The translations under genes were made by a program, and so were the position numbers. Under the pieces are notes generated by a model that had not been told where the DNA came from, did not search any database, and saw nothing but the letters and a program-made list of their open reading frames with translations. From Candidatus Bathyarchaeota archaeon (GTDB lineage Archaea; Thermoproteota; Bathyarchaeia; Bathyarchaeales; Bathycorpusculaceae): DNA of 64,000 bases. Positions 18,802 through 27,661 of this stretch are shown in pieces. The number at the start of each line of letters is the position of its first letter. Positions within the stretch are counted from its first letter, which is position 1. The stretch lies in the NCBI GenBank assembly GCA_963782525.1, contig CAWAKC010000009.1, positions 96,001-160,000 on the forward strand. The letters run 5' to 3'.

Positions 18802-19749
18802 CGCCAATTTCACTGCACGAACAACATCAAATAGCACTGAGCCTGCGTTTGGCGCATCGATGGTTTGGAATTTAAGGTCGATTTTCATGGGTGCGTTGCA
18901 GAAATAGACGCCGCTTATCCAGAAGTAACTATCACGTTTGTTCTGCAGGAAGTCAACATAGTCGGTTGAGCCTGCAACGATTTCAGCTTTATAGGGGATT
19001 GCTGAGGCGACTGATTCGGTCTTTATGGTGCGTTTGGCGTCGCGTGTGCGATCCATGGTATCGACAGATTCTGTTCCTCCGCCAACGTCAAGTTGGTAGG
19101 TTTCGTTTATATGGACGCCGTTGTCTGAGAGGAGTTTGAGGAGGGTTTTGTGGAGGGCGGTGGAGCCGACTTGGTCAACTAAGTCGTCGCCAACAAGCGG
19201 AAGTTTGGCGTCAGAGAATTTCTTTGCCCATGCAGGGTCGCTTGCGATGAAGTTTGGTGTCGCGTTTACGAATGCGCATCCTGCTGCGATGGCTTGTTCT
19301 GCGTACCATTGTGAAGCTTGTGCAGCTCCAGATGGAAGCAGATTAATCATGACTTCTGCGCCTGCAGCCTTAAGAACCTTCACGGCATCTGCATCAGGCT
19401 GAGCACTTACATGTATTATGGCTTTTGTAGAGTTTCCAACACCATCGAGCAACGGTCCTTTGCTAACTTTCACGCCCATTGCGGAAACTTCTGCTACCTT
19501 GGGCGCGTTGTTTGGAGTAGCAAAAATGGCTTCAGAGAGGTCTTTGCCAACTTTTCGCTCATCAACATCGAACGCTGCCACAACTTGGATATCTTTGGGG
19601 CTTAAACCCGCCAAAACTGGGTTGCGTAGTCCAATATGGCTTTCTGGTTTGTCGAGTTTTCCGTAGTATTGAATGCCTTGGATGAAGGATGAGGCGCAGT
19701 TTCCAACGCCGATTAATGCAACTTTAACTTTAGGCATAGCTTTTTGCAC
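18685..19749 (-). CDS. ino1: myo-inositol-1-phosphate synthase
   Basis: GVGNCASSFIQG, KVGKDLSEAIF..PN, GDDL..QVG, DAPNAG, YGFKRPP. Confidence 0.88.
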   Translation of the reverse strand: MQKAMPKVKVALIGVGNCASSFIQGIQYYGKLDKPESHIGLRNPVLAGLSPKDIQVVAAFDVDERKVGKDLSEAIFATPNNAPKVAEVSAMGVKVSKGPLLDGVGNSTKAIIHVSAQPDADAVKVLKAAGAEVMINLLPSGAAQASQWYAEQAIAAGCAFVNATPNFIASDPAWAKKFSDAKLPLVGDDLVDQVGSTALHKTLLKLLSDNGVHINETYQLDVGGGTESVDTMDRTRDAKRTIKTESVASAIPYKAEIVAGSTDYVDFLQNKRDSYFWISGVYFCNAPMKIDLKFQTIDAPNAGSVLFDVVRAVKLALDKKVKGAVEPVCAYGFKRPPQMVSLEEAEAQFKKFFA

Positions 19750-19949
19750 CTTGCTTGGGTTCTCTATTTGCGTTTGCCGTATAAAAAGATACGCCGCATA
19801 AAACCTGTTCAGAAACAGAAAAAGAAGCGCAGTCGAAGGGCGGCTATCTAAACCAGTTAGTCACCATGCGAATTGTCAAAAGAGAACACGCGAACACCGG
19901 GGGCGAACGGTCTTTTTCACTGTTGATCTGGAGGCTTTAGATTGGTAAA

Positions 19950-20165
19950 AGGGAAGCCCTGGTCTGTTGAGGAAAGCAGCCGATAACCTCATTAGCGTTT
20001 CTTCAATACTGGGCAACTCCTCGGGCAACTCAAGAGAAGTAGTAGTCGAAAGGTTGTGCTTCTCTTCGTCTACTACTTCTAACCTAACCGCTCAATTTTC
20101 TTGTAAATAGCATCCGTAGTGTATTGCCCATCAAAGCTGAAAACAAGAGCATCAACACTGGAGCT
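19950..20165 (-). pseudogene. Frameshifted, 5'-truncated remnant of a small HTH-like protein
   Basis: Manual translation ...SSVDALVFSFDGQYTTDAIYKKIERLG / (shift at GGTTAG ~20083) LEVVDEEKHNLSTTTSLELPEELPSIEETLMRLSAA; no start context. Confidence 0.5.
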
Positions 20166-20411
20166 AAAACCAGAGCACGCATAATCTATCACCTCTACCA
20201 CGATGGAAACGCAAATGACGACGCGATAAAAGTCACTGTTGGCGGAATTATCAAGAAACCTAGATCGCTACCACTGCCAGCAAATAAGTGGATCCTATTA
20301 GCCTACAACTTCCCGGTAAATCAAAACGTAACTACAGAGTTTTGGTGCCGAGGAGCAATGTACGACTACCCATTCTATTGGATCGATGAAATCTGGGTTA
20401 TCACAAAATAA
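20124..20411 (+). CDS. Hypothetical beta-rich fragment (possibly the C-terminal part of a larger gene)
   Basis: 95-aa ORF with TTG start, overlapping an opposite-strand remnant; ends YWIDEIWVITK. Confidence 0.35.
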   Translation: MPIKAENKSINTGAKTRARIIYHLYHDGNANDDAIKVTVGGIIKKPRSLPLPANKWILLAYNFPVNQNVTTEFWCRGAMYDYPFYWIDEIWVITK

Positions 20412-20420
20412 GCGTTTAAC

Positions 20421-21254
20421 TCAGTTTTGCTTACTTGCCAGCTTCCTCTTTCTTCTCCTAACGTAAACCAGCAAACCCGCAATTATTGCGAGCACAATTA
20501 CTAAGGAGAAAGTGGCTACAGTTGTAGCAGGAAAAGATTCAGTTTCTAAAGGTGTCGTAGTTGGAGAAGTGGTGGGGGCAGGAGTAACTGAAGTCAGGAT
20601 GTCATTTTGGGTAGGTTTGCCGTAGGTATATGAGTTATCGCTCTTCGTTAGTTGAACCTCTTGGACCTCTTGATTTAAATTGAGATTAATGGATGTATCA
20701 TTGTCATTAACAATAGCCCAGCCTACTCTGCTCAAGCGTATAGTTAGGGGTTCTATGAAAGTTGGATTAGTTGGGTCATACCAAATATCCCATTTTGCCA
20801 TGGTTTGATTGCCCTTTACAGTGGAAGTCCCTATGTGTCCATAACTCATGCTTAATCCCATCAAATTATCCATGGATAGACCTGCACCAATCGTGCATCC
20901 TCTTATGTTTGAGCCTATAACTTTGTCGTTTGAGATTAGTTCAACTTTGTAGAAGTCTGTTACACCATCGACAGGTATACTTTGATTTGGGATTCGAGTC
21001 AAGTTAATGTCAACTTCTGCAAAAACATAGTTTGTCGATGCATTGGCATAAGTAATACTTGCGTTAAAATGGCTTATCAAAGCTGATGCGTTTGCGTCTG
21101 TTTCTGCTGATACCTCACCTATTTGGCATATAATTAAAGTAATGGATAGAATCAATAGCGCCATTACCAGAGGCATTCGCTTCATTTTAGGCACCTGGAT
21201 TTGATTTTCCTGTAATACTATGACGGTTAAGTTGCTTAAGTGGTTTTTTGTCAA
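20421..21254 (-). CDS. Secreted protein with Thr/Pro linker and C-terminal TM anchor + basic tail
   Basis: Signal-like helix after MKRMP; TPAPTTSPTTTP linker; TM followed by RRRKRK. Confidence 0.75.
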   Translation of the reverse strand: MTKNHLSNLTVIVLQENQIQVPKMKRMPLVMALLILSITLIICQIGEVSAETDANASALISHFNASITYANASTNYVFAEVDINLTRIPNQSIPVDGVTDFYKVELISNDKVIGSNIRGCTIGAGLSMDNLMGLSMSYGHIGTSTVKGNQTMAKWDIWYDPTNPTFIEPLTIRLSRVGWAIVNDNDTSINLNLNQEVQEVQLTKSDNSYTYGKPTQNDILTSVTPAPTTSPTTTPLETESFPATTVATFSLVIVLAIIAGLLVYVRRRKRKLASKQN

Positions 21255-21536
21255 ACTTTCTTGCCTGTTTTGTCAAGGTTTCTGTCTAATTCAGTATCAG
21301 GTTTTATTTCCTTAGCTCGGCATACTTATCTGATTAAGCTTAGCTCAATTAACTTTGTTCAATTAGTTAGCTTTTTATCGTTGCCGTCCTGGCGTAAAAT
21401 ACCTAATATGCAGTCTAATCGCTATTACGGCCGCAGTGCCCATCCGCCACAGATGAAAGTCATATAATAAAGAAAATCCCGCCATAAGAAACGCTTATTA
21501 AACGAGCCGAATTAGAATGTAGAAGCCAGATAGTTA

Positions 21537-21614
21537 GGGCGAGTAGATCAGTCTGGCATGATCGCCACGTTGGCATCGTGGAGGTCGCGGGTTCAAATCC
21601 CGCCTCGTCCACCA
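21537..21614 (+). tRNA. tRNA-Ala(GGC), CCA encoded
   Basis: Cloverleaf GGGCGAG/CTCGTCC with G3:U70, anticodon loop TTGGCAT, GGTTCAAATCC T-arm; TATA-like CTTATTAA ~40 nt upstream. Confidence 0.97.
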
Positions 21615-21811
21615 AACACTTATCCATGCTTACGCCTTGAAGGCGACTTATTGCCAATTTAAGGGCGTTTTCACAGATTTTGGGCGCATTTAAAAAACCA
21701 TTTCATATCTGGAACCCAGATAAGGTGCCAACAAAGTTCTTGCATCTCATAAATAATCCATTCTTGAAAACTTGTTACAAGTCTACTGGAAAAGGTCTAT
21801 TGAAGTATAGG

Positions 21812-22246
21812 CTAAGCAAAGTCTTTGGAAACTGCTTTTTGTCCAGCGAGTGAATGAACTGTAAAGGTTGTGAAGTAGTCTGTTTCTGGTTCCATGTTGG
21901 GCGGGAACCCGTGATAGTAACTTATGTATACGTTGTAGGTATGCTCGTTTTTTAGGGAAACTGAGTAATTTCCGATTGGATTGTTGCTTTGTGGATTAAA
22001 AGGAAAGTGAAAAATAGTTACCGTGCCTGTTTGAGTGTCAGCAAATTCTATTCTTTGTAGGCTTGTTGGGAATGGTTGGGATAGAGCACCACTGGATGCA
22101 AGCCCTGATACTTTTATTGCATCAGCACTTGGTGTGGGTGTTAACTGCTGATAAAAGATTAATGCCCCAACTGATGAAACTACAAGCACTACTATAACTA
22201 TGCAAGCAATAATGATTTTTCTTCGTTTGGTTGAAGCTTGAGCCAT
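21812..22246 (-). CDS. Membrane-anchored hypothetical protein
   Basis: KRRK + hydrophobic helix, beta-rich ectodomain. Confidence 0.7.
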   Translation of the reverse strand: MAQASTKRRKIIIACIVIVVLVVSSVGALIFYQQLTPTPSADAIKVSGLASSGALSQPFPTSLQRIEFADTQTGTVTIFHFPFNPQSNNPIGNYSVSLKNEHTYNVYISYYHGFPPNMEPETDYFTTFTVHSLAGQKAVSKDFA

Positions 22247-22374
22247 CCTTTCTCTCGACCTTATCAGTATGAATATGCTAAATCGCTTTTAGTTTTATTT
22301 ATGAACAGCTAAAAAATAAGTTGTTGTCTTTTGGAGAATTAACATGCAGTTTATTTTTAATAATTGGTGGTGGT

Positions 22375-22390
22375 GGATTAAAATTTAATC
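22375..22390. repeat. AT-rich palindrome copy 1 (GGATTAAA-A-TTTAATC)
   Basis: 7-1-7 inverted repeat, preceded by (TGG)n. Confidence 0.75.
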
Positions 22391-22410
22391 TCACATAACT
22401 GATTATCAAA

Positions 22411-22986
22411 TCATGTTAACTTCAGAGTCATCTCTCGTGTATCTCCATCTGTTGATTTTACTTTCAGGCCAAACTTTTCCGCGAGCTTAATCATCCTATC
22501 GTTATTGCTCGATAGCACACAGTAGAGCTCTTCAAGTTGATAATCTCTGGCAATTTTGATGAGGTAAGCCAAAAGTTCTGTTCCCAACCCAAACCCCTGC
22601 CAAGCATCAGCAATAACAAGGGCAAATTCGCCTCGTCTGTCCTTGAGACTCATAATTAAACGTGCAACTGAAATGATTTTTTCTCCGCTTATAGGTAGGG
22701 CAACTATTGCCATTTCTTGGTTGAAGTCTAAATCACAATATCTCGCGACGTCTTCGTTTGGTAATTCTTTGATTATTTCTAAGAACCTAAAGTGCACGCT
22801 TACAGGAGATAATGCCTTAAAGAATTCTTTGAACTTGGCATGATCAGTACATTCAATTGGCCTTAATGTAACGACAAGACCATTATGTAATGTTCGCTGT
22901 GTAGTGTATTTTTTTCTTACAGAATCAGCAAGTTTTTCGTCCACATGATCGGCGGGAATAAATTCTGCACATCCTTTGCGGTACAT
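22411..22986 (-). CDS. GNAT acetyltransferase (similar to the GNAT domain of Pat/acyl-CoA synthetase)
   Basis: VTLRPI..D, LSP.S..FRF, EFALVIADAWQGFGLGTELL, N..MIKLAEKFG. Confidence 0.88.
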   Translation of the reverse strand: MYRKGCAEFIPADHVDEKLADSVRKKYTTQRTLHNGLVVTLRPIECTDHAKFKEFFKALSPVSVHFRFLEIIKELPNEDVARYCDLDFNQEMAIVALPISGEKIISVARLIMSLKDRRGEFALVIADAWQGFGLGTELLAYLIKIARDYQLEELYCVLSSNNDRMIKLAEKFGLKVKSTDGDTREMTLKLT

Positions 22987-23107
22987 TATCTTTTGATTAA
23001 TATGGAAATCAATTCATAAATGATTTTAGCTTTGAAACTATAAGATCTCTCAAAATAGCTTCTCTTGCACTTTAACTTAAGATTATGGAGCATCAGTTTT
23101 GGGTTTG

Positions 23108-23136
23108 GGATTAAAATTTAAATTAAAATTTAATCC
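23108..23136. repeat. AT-rich palindrome copy 2 with tandemly duplicated 12-bp core
   Basis: GG-ATTAAAATTTAA-ATTAAAATTTAA-TCC. Confidence 0.75.
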
Positions 23137-23165
23137 AAAAAAATTAAACGTGGATTTCAAAGAGT

Positions 23166-23181
23166 AGCGGGCTTTGCCGCT
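23166..23181 (-). terminator. Short hairpin followed by a T-tract downstream of the repeat-peptide gene
   Basis: AGCGG-GCTTTG-CCGCT stem-loop; A-run at 23137-23143 reads as a U-tract on the minus strand. Confidence 0.4.
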
Positions 23182-23190
23182 TCAACGCCC

Positions 23191-23457
23191 TTACTTACCT
23201 TTCAATGACTTCCCCATATTTCTCAGCGATCTTTTCATCTTCGCCCCTGTCGTATTATCTGCTAATCTCTGTGCTTCTGCTACATCCGCTAATCTCCTTT
23301 TCTCCGCGACATCTGCTAATCCCTTTGCTTCTTCTACGTCTGCTAATCTCTTTTTCTCCGCGACATCTGCTAATCCCTTTGCTTCTTCTACGTCTGCTAA
23401 TCTCTTTGCCTCTGCCCTCTTCTGTTCTTCATTCATTTCATGACTCACCTCCCTCAA
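23191..23457 (-). CDS. Small charged helical protein built from 9-aa (27-bp) tandem repeats
   Basis: LADVEEAKG/LADVAEKKR/LADVEEAKG/LADVAEKRR/LADVAEAQR/LADNTT; GGAGGTG RBS before ATG ~23436. Confidence 0.75.
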   Translation of the reverse strand: MREVSHEMNEEQKRAEAKRLADVEEAKGLADVAEKKRLADVEEAKGLADVAEKRRLADVAEAQRLADNTTGAKMKRSLRNMGKSLKGK

Positions 23458-23518
23458 TTTTTTTCTCCTTAGTAAAATGAGTGATTAGAAATCCCTTTTC
23501 TGATTTAGTAACCAGTTC

Positions 23519-23755
23519 TCAGGTTTTGATTTTTCTGATTCTGTCGTAGGATGCGAGGTAACCTTGTCCTTTCACTGTGGCGACATATTTGTCGTTGTTT
23601 TGAATAATCGTGCTTTGCTCTGTGAGAATTGCCAGATAGGATTCTGCTTGCACATCATTCAAACCTAACCTGTTCATAATTCTGCTCTTATCTTTTGACG
23701 TTTCGCAGAAACGGATAATATGGGGCACAATTCCTAATGTACCGCTAAAAACCAT
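23519..23755 (-). CDS. Small winged-helix protein (HTH_45-like)
   Basis: KSRIMNRLGLN..QAESYLAIL...Y.AT.KG..YL pattern. Confidence 0.65.
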   Translation of the reverse strand: MVFSGTLGIVPHIIRFCETSKDKSRIMNRLGLNDVQAESYLAILTEQSTIIQNNDKYVATVKGQGYLASYDRIRKIKT

Positions 23756-23956
23756 TCAGTCCACAAGTTATCTGTCGGTTGGGTGCAATTAAGCATATGT
23801 GACTGCTGAGCAACTGTAACAAGTGACCGTATACTCGATTCCGACTATACCTATATGATAATTTTTCTTCTGTATATGCCGAACCGTGTCTACGCTGAAT
23901 AGAGCGTTTTTTCCGTGTCCCTGCGGTACGTTGAAGTAGTTGGTTGGTTGGTTGTT

Positions 23957-23973
23957 GGATTAAAATTTAATGC
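23957..23973. repeat. AT-rich palindrome copy 3 (GGATTAAAATTTAATGC)
   Basis: Same core, preceded by (TTGG)n and followed by an A-tract. Confidence 0.75.
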
Positions 23974-24175
23974 ACAAAAAAAATTTTTTACGCGTCACAG
24001 GTTAGGTTTTTTCAGCGGTCAAAGGTTTACGAAGCAGAGTAAGAATACGCGCGCTCACTAGGAAAATAATGTACGTATAAACACTAAGACGTACATTTCA
24101 AAGGAAACAGCGGTCAACCCTAAAAGAGAAGAAAATGCAGAAAAGCTAAACATGAAATTAGCCTAAAGAACGGGG

Positions 24176-24397
24176 TTACGGTTGACCATGCGTCCAACGC
24201 CACTGCATAGTAAAGAAAAAGAACAAAAGAACAATCGAAACCACAACGAGAAATAAACCTAAAACTAAGAGTGGCAAAGAATACAATGAACCTGTAGGCA
24301 AATAGACTTGCGAAACCGCTATTGACAAGATGCCTGAGATACCAAACGGAAGAGCCATTAAGCCATAGGTGCGAGAATTAAGCCATTTAGTAGACAC
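24176..24397 (-). CDS. Small two-TM membrane protein abutting the IS end
   Basis: 73 aa, two hydrophobic helices; GTG start 4 nt from the IS terminus. Confidence 0.5.
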   Translation of the reverse strand: MSTKWLNSRTYGLMALPFGISGILSIAVSQVYLPTGSLYSLPLLVLGLFLVVVSIVLLFFFFTMQWRWTHGQP

Positions 24398-24401
24398 TTA
24401 T

Positions 24402-26077
24402 GAGACCGTGTAAAAAATAGCGCAGCGGCCAGTTGTTAACTTGAAAAAGTACTTAATACTTTTTGAGATTTTACTTTCTCTTATTCTTTATTTTTTAACA
24501 AGCGCTTGGATTAGAGCTTCAACCCCAAGAATGTTTAGAGCTCTCCTCAAATTATAAGAAAACAAAAGCAACCCAACCTCCCCACTAACCTTGCGAAGAC
24601 CTTTAAGCAGCAAATATGGAGCACCAAACGCTCTCTTCAAAGTTCCAAACGTATGCTCAATCACTTTTTTGCGTTCACCCATAATCTCTGGATGCAATTT
24701 CATCCGCTTTCTCATATCATCGACAACTTCTTCGTGCACCCACCGCCAAATTACCCGACCTACCTTATTGCCTGTGCACTTAGTCATAAAAAATTGGCAT
24801 GAAGAGCAAACACCTTTCTGGCATCTGTAAATACGCATCTCAATCCCTTCACGAACGCTCAAACAATAAAACAAAAGACGCCGCCCAGCTGGACAAACAT
24901 ACACATCAGCACTCTTATCATAACGGAATTTGTCAGCAGTAAACTCCGGAGACACAAGACCGCCACCGCTTCCAGATCTCTTCACTGCAACATAAGGCGT
25001 AACCCCACTGTCAACACATTGCTTAATCTGCATGAAGTCAAAATAACCTTTATCAGAAATACAATCAATCTGCTCTACTCCTAGTGTTTCTTTTGCGCTT
25101 ATAGCTACTCCGCTGAGCTGATTTAGGTCTGAAGCTTCGTTAGTCACCAGGTAGTTGACGATGAGATGGTTTTTTGAATCCACTGCTGCCTGCATGTTAT
25201 AGCAGGATTCAACTCTGCCATGATTCATCATCTGCCGACAATCCAGATCAGTTAGAGCAACTTCCTTTTGACCACTCTTTTCTATTTTACCAAGGATTTC
25301 TTGGCTCTTTTCTTTTTTCTCAAGCAACGCAGCCAATTTGTCTACCATAAAAGCCTTCGCCACTTCACCTGACTCGCTACTTGCTTGTTGCTCGTCAGAT
25401 GCTTCCTGCTCATCTGCAGCATCTAACTCGTCTAGGTAGTGTTTTACTGATTTTTCCATGACCTTTATTCTCTTTGCAAGCGCTCGTTGGGTAAAGGCTT
25501 TATCATTGGAGTTGACGGCCCGAAGTTTGGTGCCATCTACGGTTACTTGTTTTGCTCCATAGAGACTGAGATCTTTTAAGAAAGCTACAAAATCTTTGAA
25601 CAAGGCGCATATGGCTGCTGGGTTGTCTTTTCTAAAATCCGCTATGGTTTTAAAATCGGGTGCTAAGCCTTTGAGCAGCCACATTGCCTCAAGGTTTGTT
25701 TTGCATTCTCGTTCTAGCTTTCTGCTTGATCGGATGTGGTTTAGGCTTCCGTAGAGATAGAGTTTACAGAGATCTTTTGGGTTGTATGATGGTCTTCCAA
25801 GGTCTTGTGGTGTTGAGTGGGTGAAGCCTAACTTTTCCATGTCCAGCGTGTTTACGTAGGCGTCTATGAATCTGACTGGGTTGTCTGGTTCTACGTATTC
25901 TTCTATGGTTTTGGGCAGTAGGAACGTTTGGTTTCTGGATAAGCCTTCTACATAGCTGTCGGTTTCATCGTTCATTGTCTGCTCACTTATTTTGGTCTTG
26001 TTTGTTATGGGCGAAGGGTCTAGATTTAAGGTTAACGGCATAATAGACGAGTTAGAGCAGACTTTTCACACAGTCTC
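24402..26077 (-). mobile_element. IS1182-family insertion sequence
   Basis: Imperfect terminal inverted repeats GAGACCGTGTAAAAA (24402) and GAGACTGTGTGAAAA (reverse complement ending 26077) flank a single transposase; no target duplication seen. Confidence 0.88.
24488..25975 (-). CDS. IS1182-family DDE transposase
   Basis: GRPSYNP, SSRKLEREC..N, PDFKTIADFRK, VDGTK, YN.Q.AVD, DKGY, YVCPAG, IEHTFGTLK; probable start MNDETD at 25975. Confidence 0.95.
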   Translation of the reverse strand: MNDETDSYVEGLSRNQTFLLPKTIEEYVEPDNPVRFIDAYVNTLDMEKLGFTHSTPQDLGRPSYNPKDLCKLYLYGSLNHIRSSRKLERECKTNLEAMWLLKGLAPDFKTIADFRKDNPAAICALFKDFVAFLKDLSLYGAKQVTVDGTKLRAVNSNDKAFTQRALAKRIKVMEKSVKHYLDELDAADEQEASDEQQASSESGEVAKAFMVDKLAALLEKKEKSQEILGKIEKSGQKEVALTDLDCRQMMNHGRVESCYNMQAAVDSKNHLIVNYLVTNEASDLNQLSGVAISAKETLGVEQIDCISDKGYFDFMQIKQCVDSGVTPYVAVKRSGSGGGLVSPEFTADKFRYDKSADVYVCPAGRRLLFYCLSVREGIEMRIYRCQKGVCSSCQFFMTKCTGNKVGRVIWRWVHEEVVDDMRKRMKLHPEIMGERKKVIEHTFGTLKRAFGAPYLLLKGLRKVSGEVGLLLFSYNLRRALNILGVEALIQALVKK

Positions 26078-26405
26078 GATCATTGACATATTTAAGCAAG
26101 CGTGACGATGAATCTACACCTACAGCCTGACATTTGGTTCTGCGATAGTCAAGGTATTTTCTGACAACCTCGTTTGGGTTACAACAACCGATTTTTCACA
26201 TGGAAAAAATATTGAGAGCCACATGGAATTTATCCGCCGGCGCTCTTTTGCTTCCACTTTTAGGGTATAGAAGTACTCTCTAGAAATCTTGTATCGAGGA
26301 CTTCTTTGTTTCCGCATTGTCGCCTGAACGCTTAGGCGAAAAAAAACTAATTCAGCGACGAACGAGATAGAGTAAGCCAAATTATCTATTTCAAGCCAAT
26401 TTAGA

Positions 26406-27656
26406 TTAATCGTTTTTGTTGGCTTCAGCGTTGGTGTTTTCTTGGAGCCAATTCCTTGATTCCATCATCGTTTTTCCTGCAAACTCGAGTTTTAGTGCGC
26501 CCTCGTAGGGGCAGATTTCAACGCATCTAGCGCAGAGTATGCATTTGGATTCTGTGACGTCTCCCCCTTTCTTTTCAAACATGTCGGTGGCTTGGGTTGG
26601 GCAAACCCGTTTACAGACGCCGCATTTTGTGCATTTGCGCTCGTTCTTCTGCAGTTTGGTTAGAGCGATTTGTTTGAAGGGTGTGAAGGTGCTGAAGAGT
26701 GCGGTTAAGCCGCCGAGGGGGCAGATTCTGCACCAGAACCGCCTGTAAGCCAATGCGAGTATTGTCACGGCTATGAAGATGGATAAGTTTATTGACGTTA
26801 TGTACATGCCCAGTGTCCAGAATGGCCCATAGGTAATTTGGGAAATGTAGTTGAAGCTCATTGCGCCGATGCCGGATTCAACAATTAAGCAGAGCGGACG
26901 CATGGGGCAGACCAGGCAGAAGGGCTCGTTGATGTAGCTTACTATGCCAGCTTCGGTTCCTTGGGGACCACCAGGGGTTGTGCCTGGAATAAGTTGGGTG
27001 CCGAAGATGGCGTATGAAGCGAAGATAACGCTTAAAAGCAAAAACACGGCGATGATGATGTAGCGTGATTGCCCAAGTTTAGCGTTTGTGTTATCAGAGA
27101 ACTTCAAGTGACGGAAACGAGCAGATTTTCTGATTCGGGTCAATATATCTTGATATAAGCCGAAGGGGCAGATCCAGCCGCAGAAAAACCTACCTAAAAT
27201 AACCGACGCCGCAACAATCATTCCGAGGACGATCCCTATTTTTTCTAATCCTGAGGTTGAATAGTTAACTTGGTAGCCTATGGGGAAGTTCCAGAAGGGG
27301 AAAATGTAGGCTTGCAGTTGCCAAATGGGGCAGGTGACAGTTCGCCCGTTGGGGTAATAGCAGGCTAAGATGGGCAGAGATATGCCGTCTGGGAATTGGT
27401 TGCCTAAAACGTTGGCTCCGATTAATCGGTCACGAGGTGAAACTCCCAGGGGCGCAAATACAGACCCTGGTTGGTTGAATGGACCAATTAAAAGACCCAT
27501 AAAAACAGCTATGACAGCGACAACTTGAACAAAAAGACGTAGAGTGCTGATTTTTCGGGTTTTATCCTTGGACAATTTAAGGATAAGAATGATGCCTGCC
27601 GCCACAATTACCGCGTACAAGAACAAAATTGTTTCCGGCGAAGTAATCGACACCAT
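26406..27656 (-). CDS. Membrane 4Fe-4S protein, NapH/MauN-like
   Basis: GRFFCGWICPFG, FCLVCP, RRFWCRICPLG, two CxxCxxCxxxCP ferredoxin motifs. Confidence 0.9.
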   Translation of the reverse strand: MVSITSPETILFLYAVIVAAGIILILKLSKDKTRKISTLRLFVQVVAVIAVFMGLLIGPFNQPGSVFAPLGVSPRDRLIGANVLGNQFPDGISLPILACYYPNGRTVTCPIWQLQAYIFPFWNFPIGYQVNYSTSGLEKIGIVLGMIVAASVILGRFFCGWICPFGLYQDILTRIRKSARFRHLKFSDNTNAKLGQSRYIIIAVFLLLSVIFASYAIFGTQLIPGTTPGGPQGTEAGIVSYINEPFCLVCPMRPLCLIVESGIGAMSFNYISQITYGPFWTLGMYITSINLSIFIAVTILALAYRRFWCRICPLGGLTALFSTFTPFKQIALTKLQKNERKCTKCGVCKRVCPTQATDMFEKKGGDVTESKCILCARCVEICPYEGALKLEFAGKTMMESRNWLQENTNAEANKND

Positions 27657-27661
27657 TCCTT

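Noticed and set aside
21460-21657. ORF over tRNA-Ala (likewise 42845-43057 over 5S and 52822-53007 over tRNA-Arg)
   Set aside because: Shadow ORFs of RNA genes.
23255-23410. Tandem repeats as a CRISPR array
   Set aside because: Units are contiguous 27/54-bp in-frame coding repeats with no unique spacers; no cas genes.
26104-26164. Possible C/D box sRNA (ACGATGA...CTGA...CTGA)
   Set aside because: C and C' boxes are degenerate and no target could be verified; needs snoscan or RNA-seq.
19800-26400. Intact provirus or integrative element at tRNA-Ala
   Set aside because: No integrase, no structural genes and no duplicated tRNA end found by eye.
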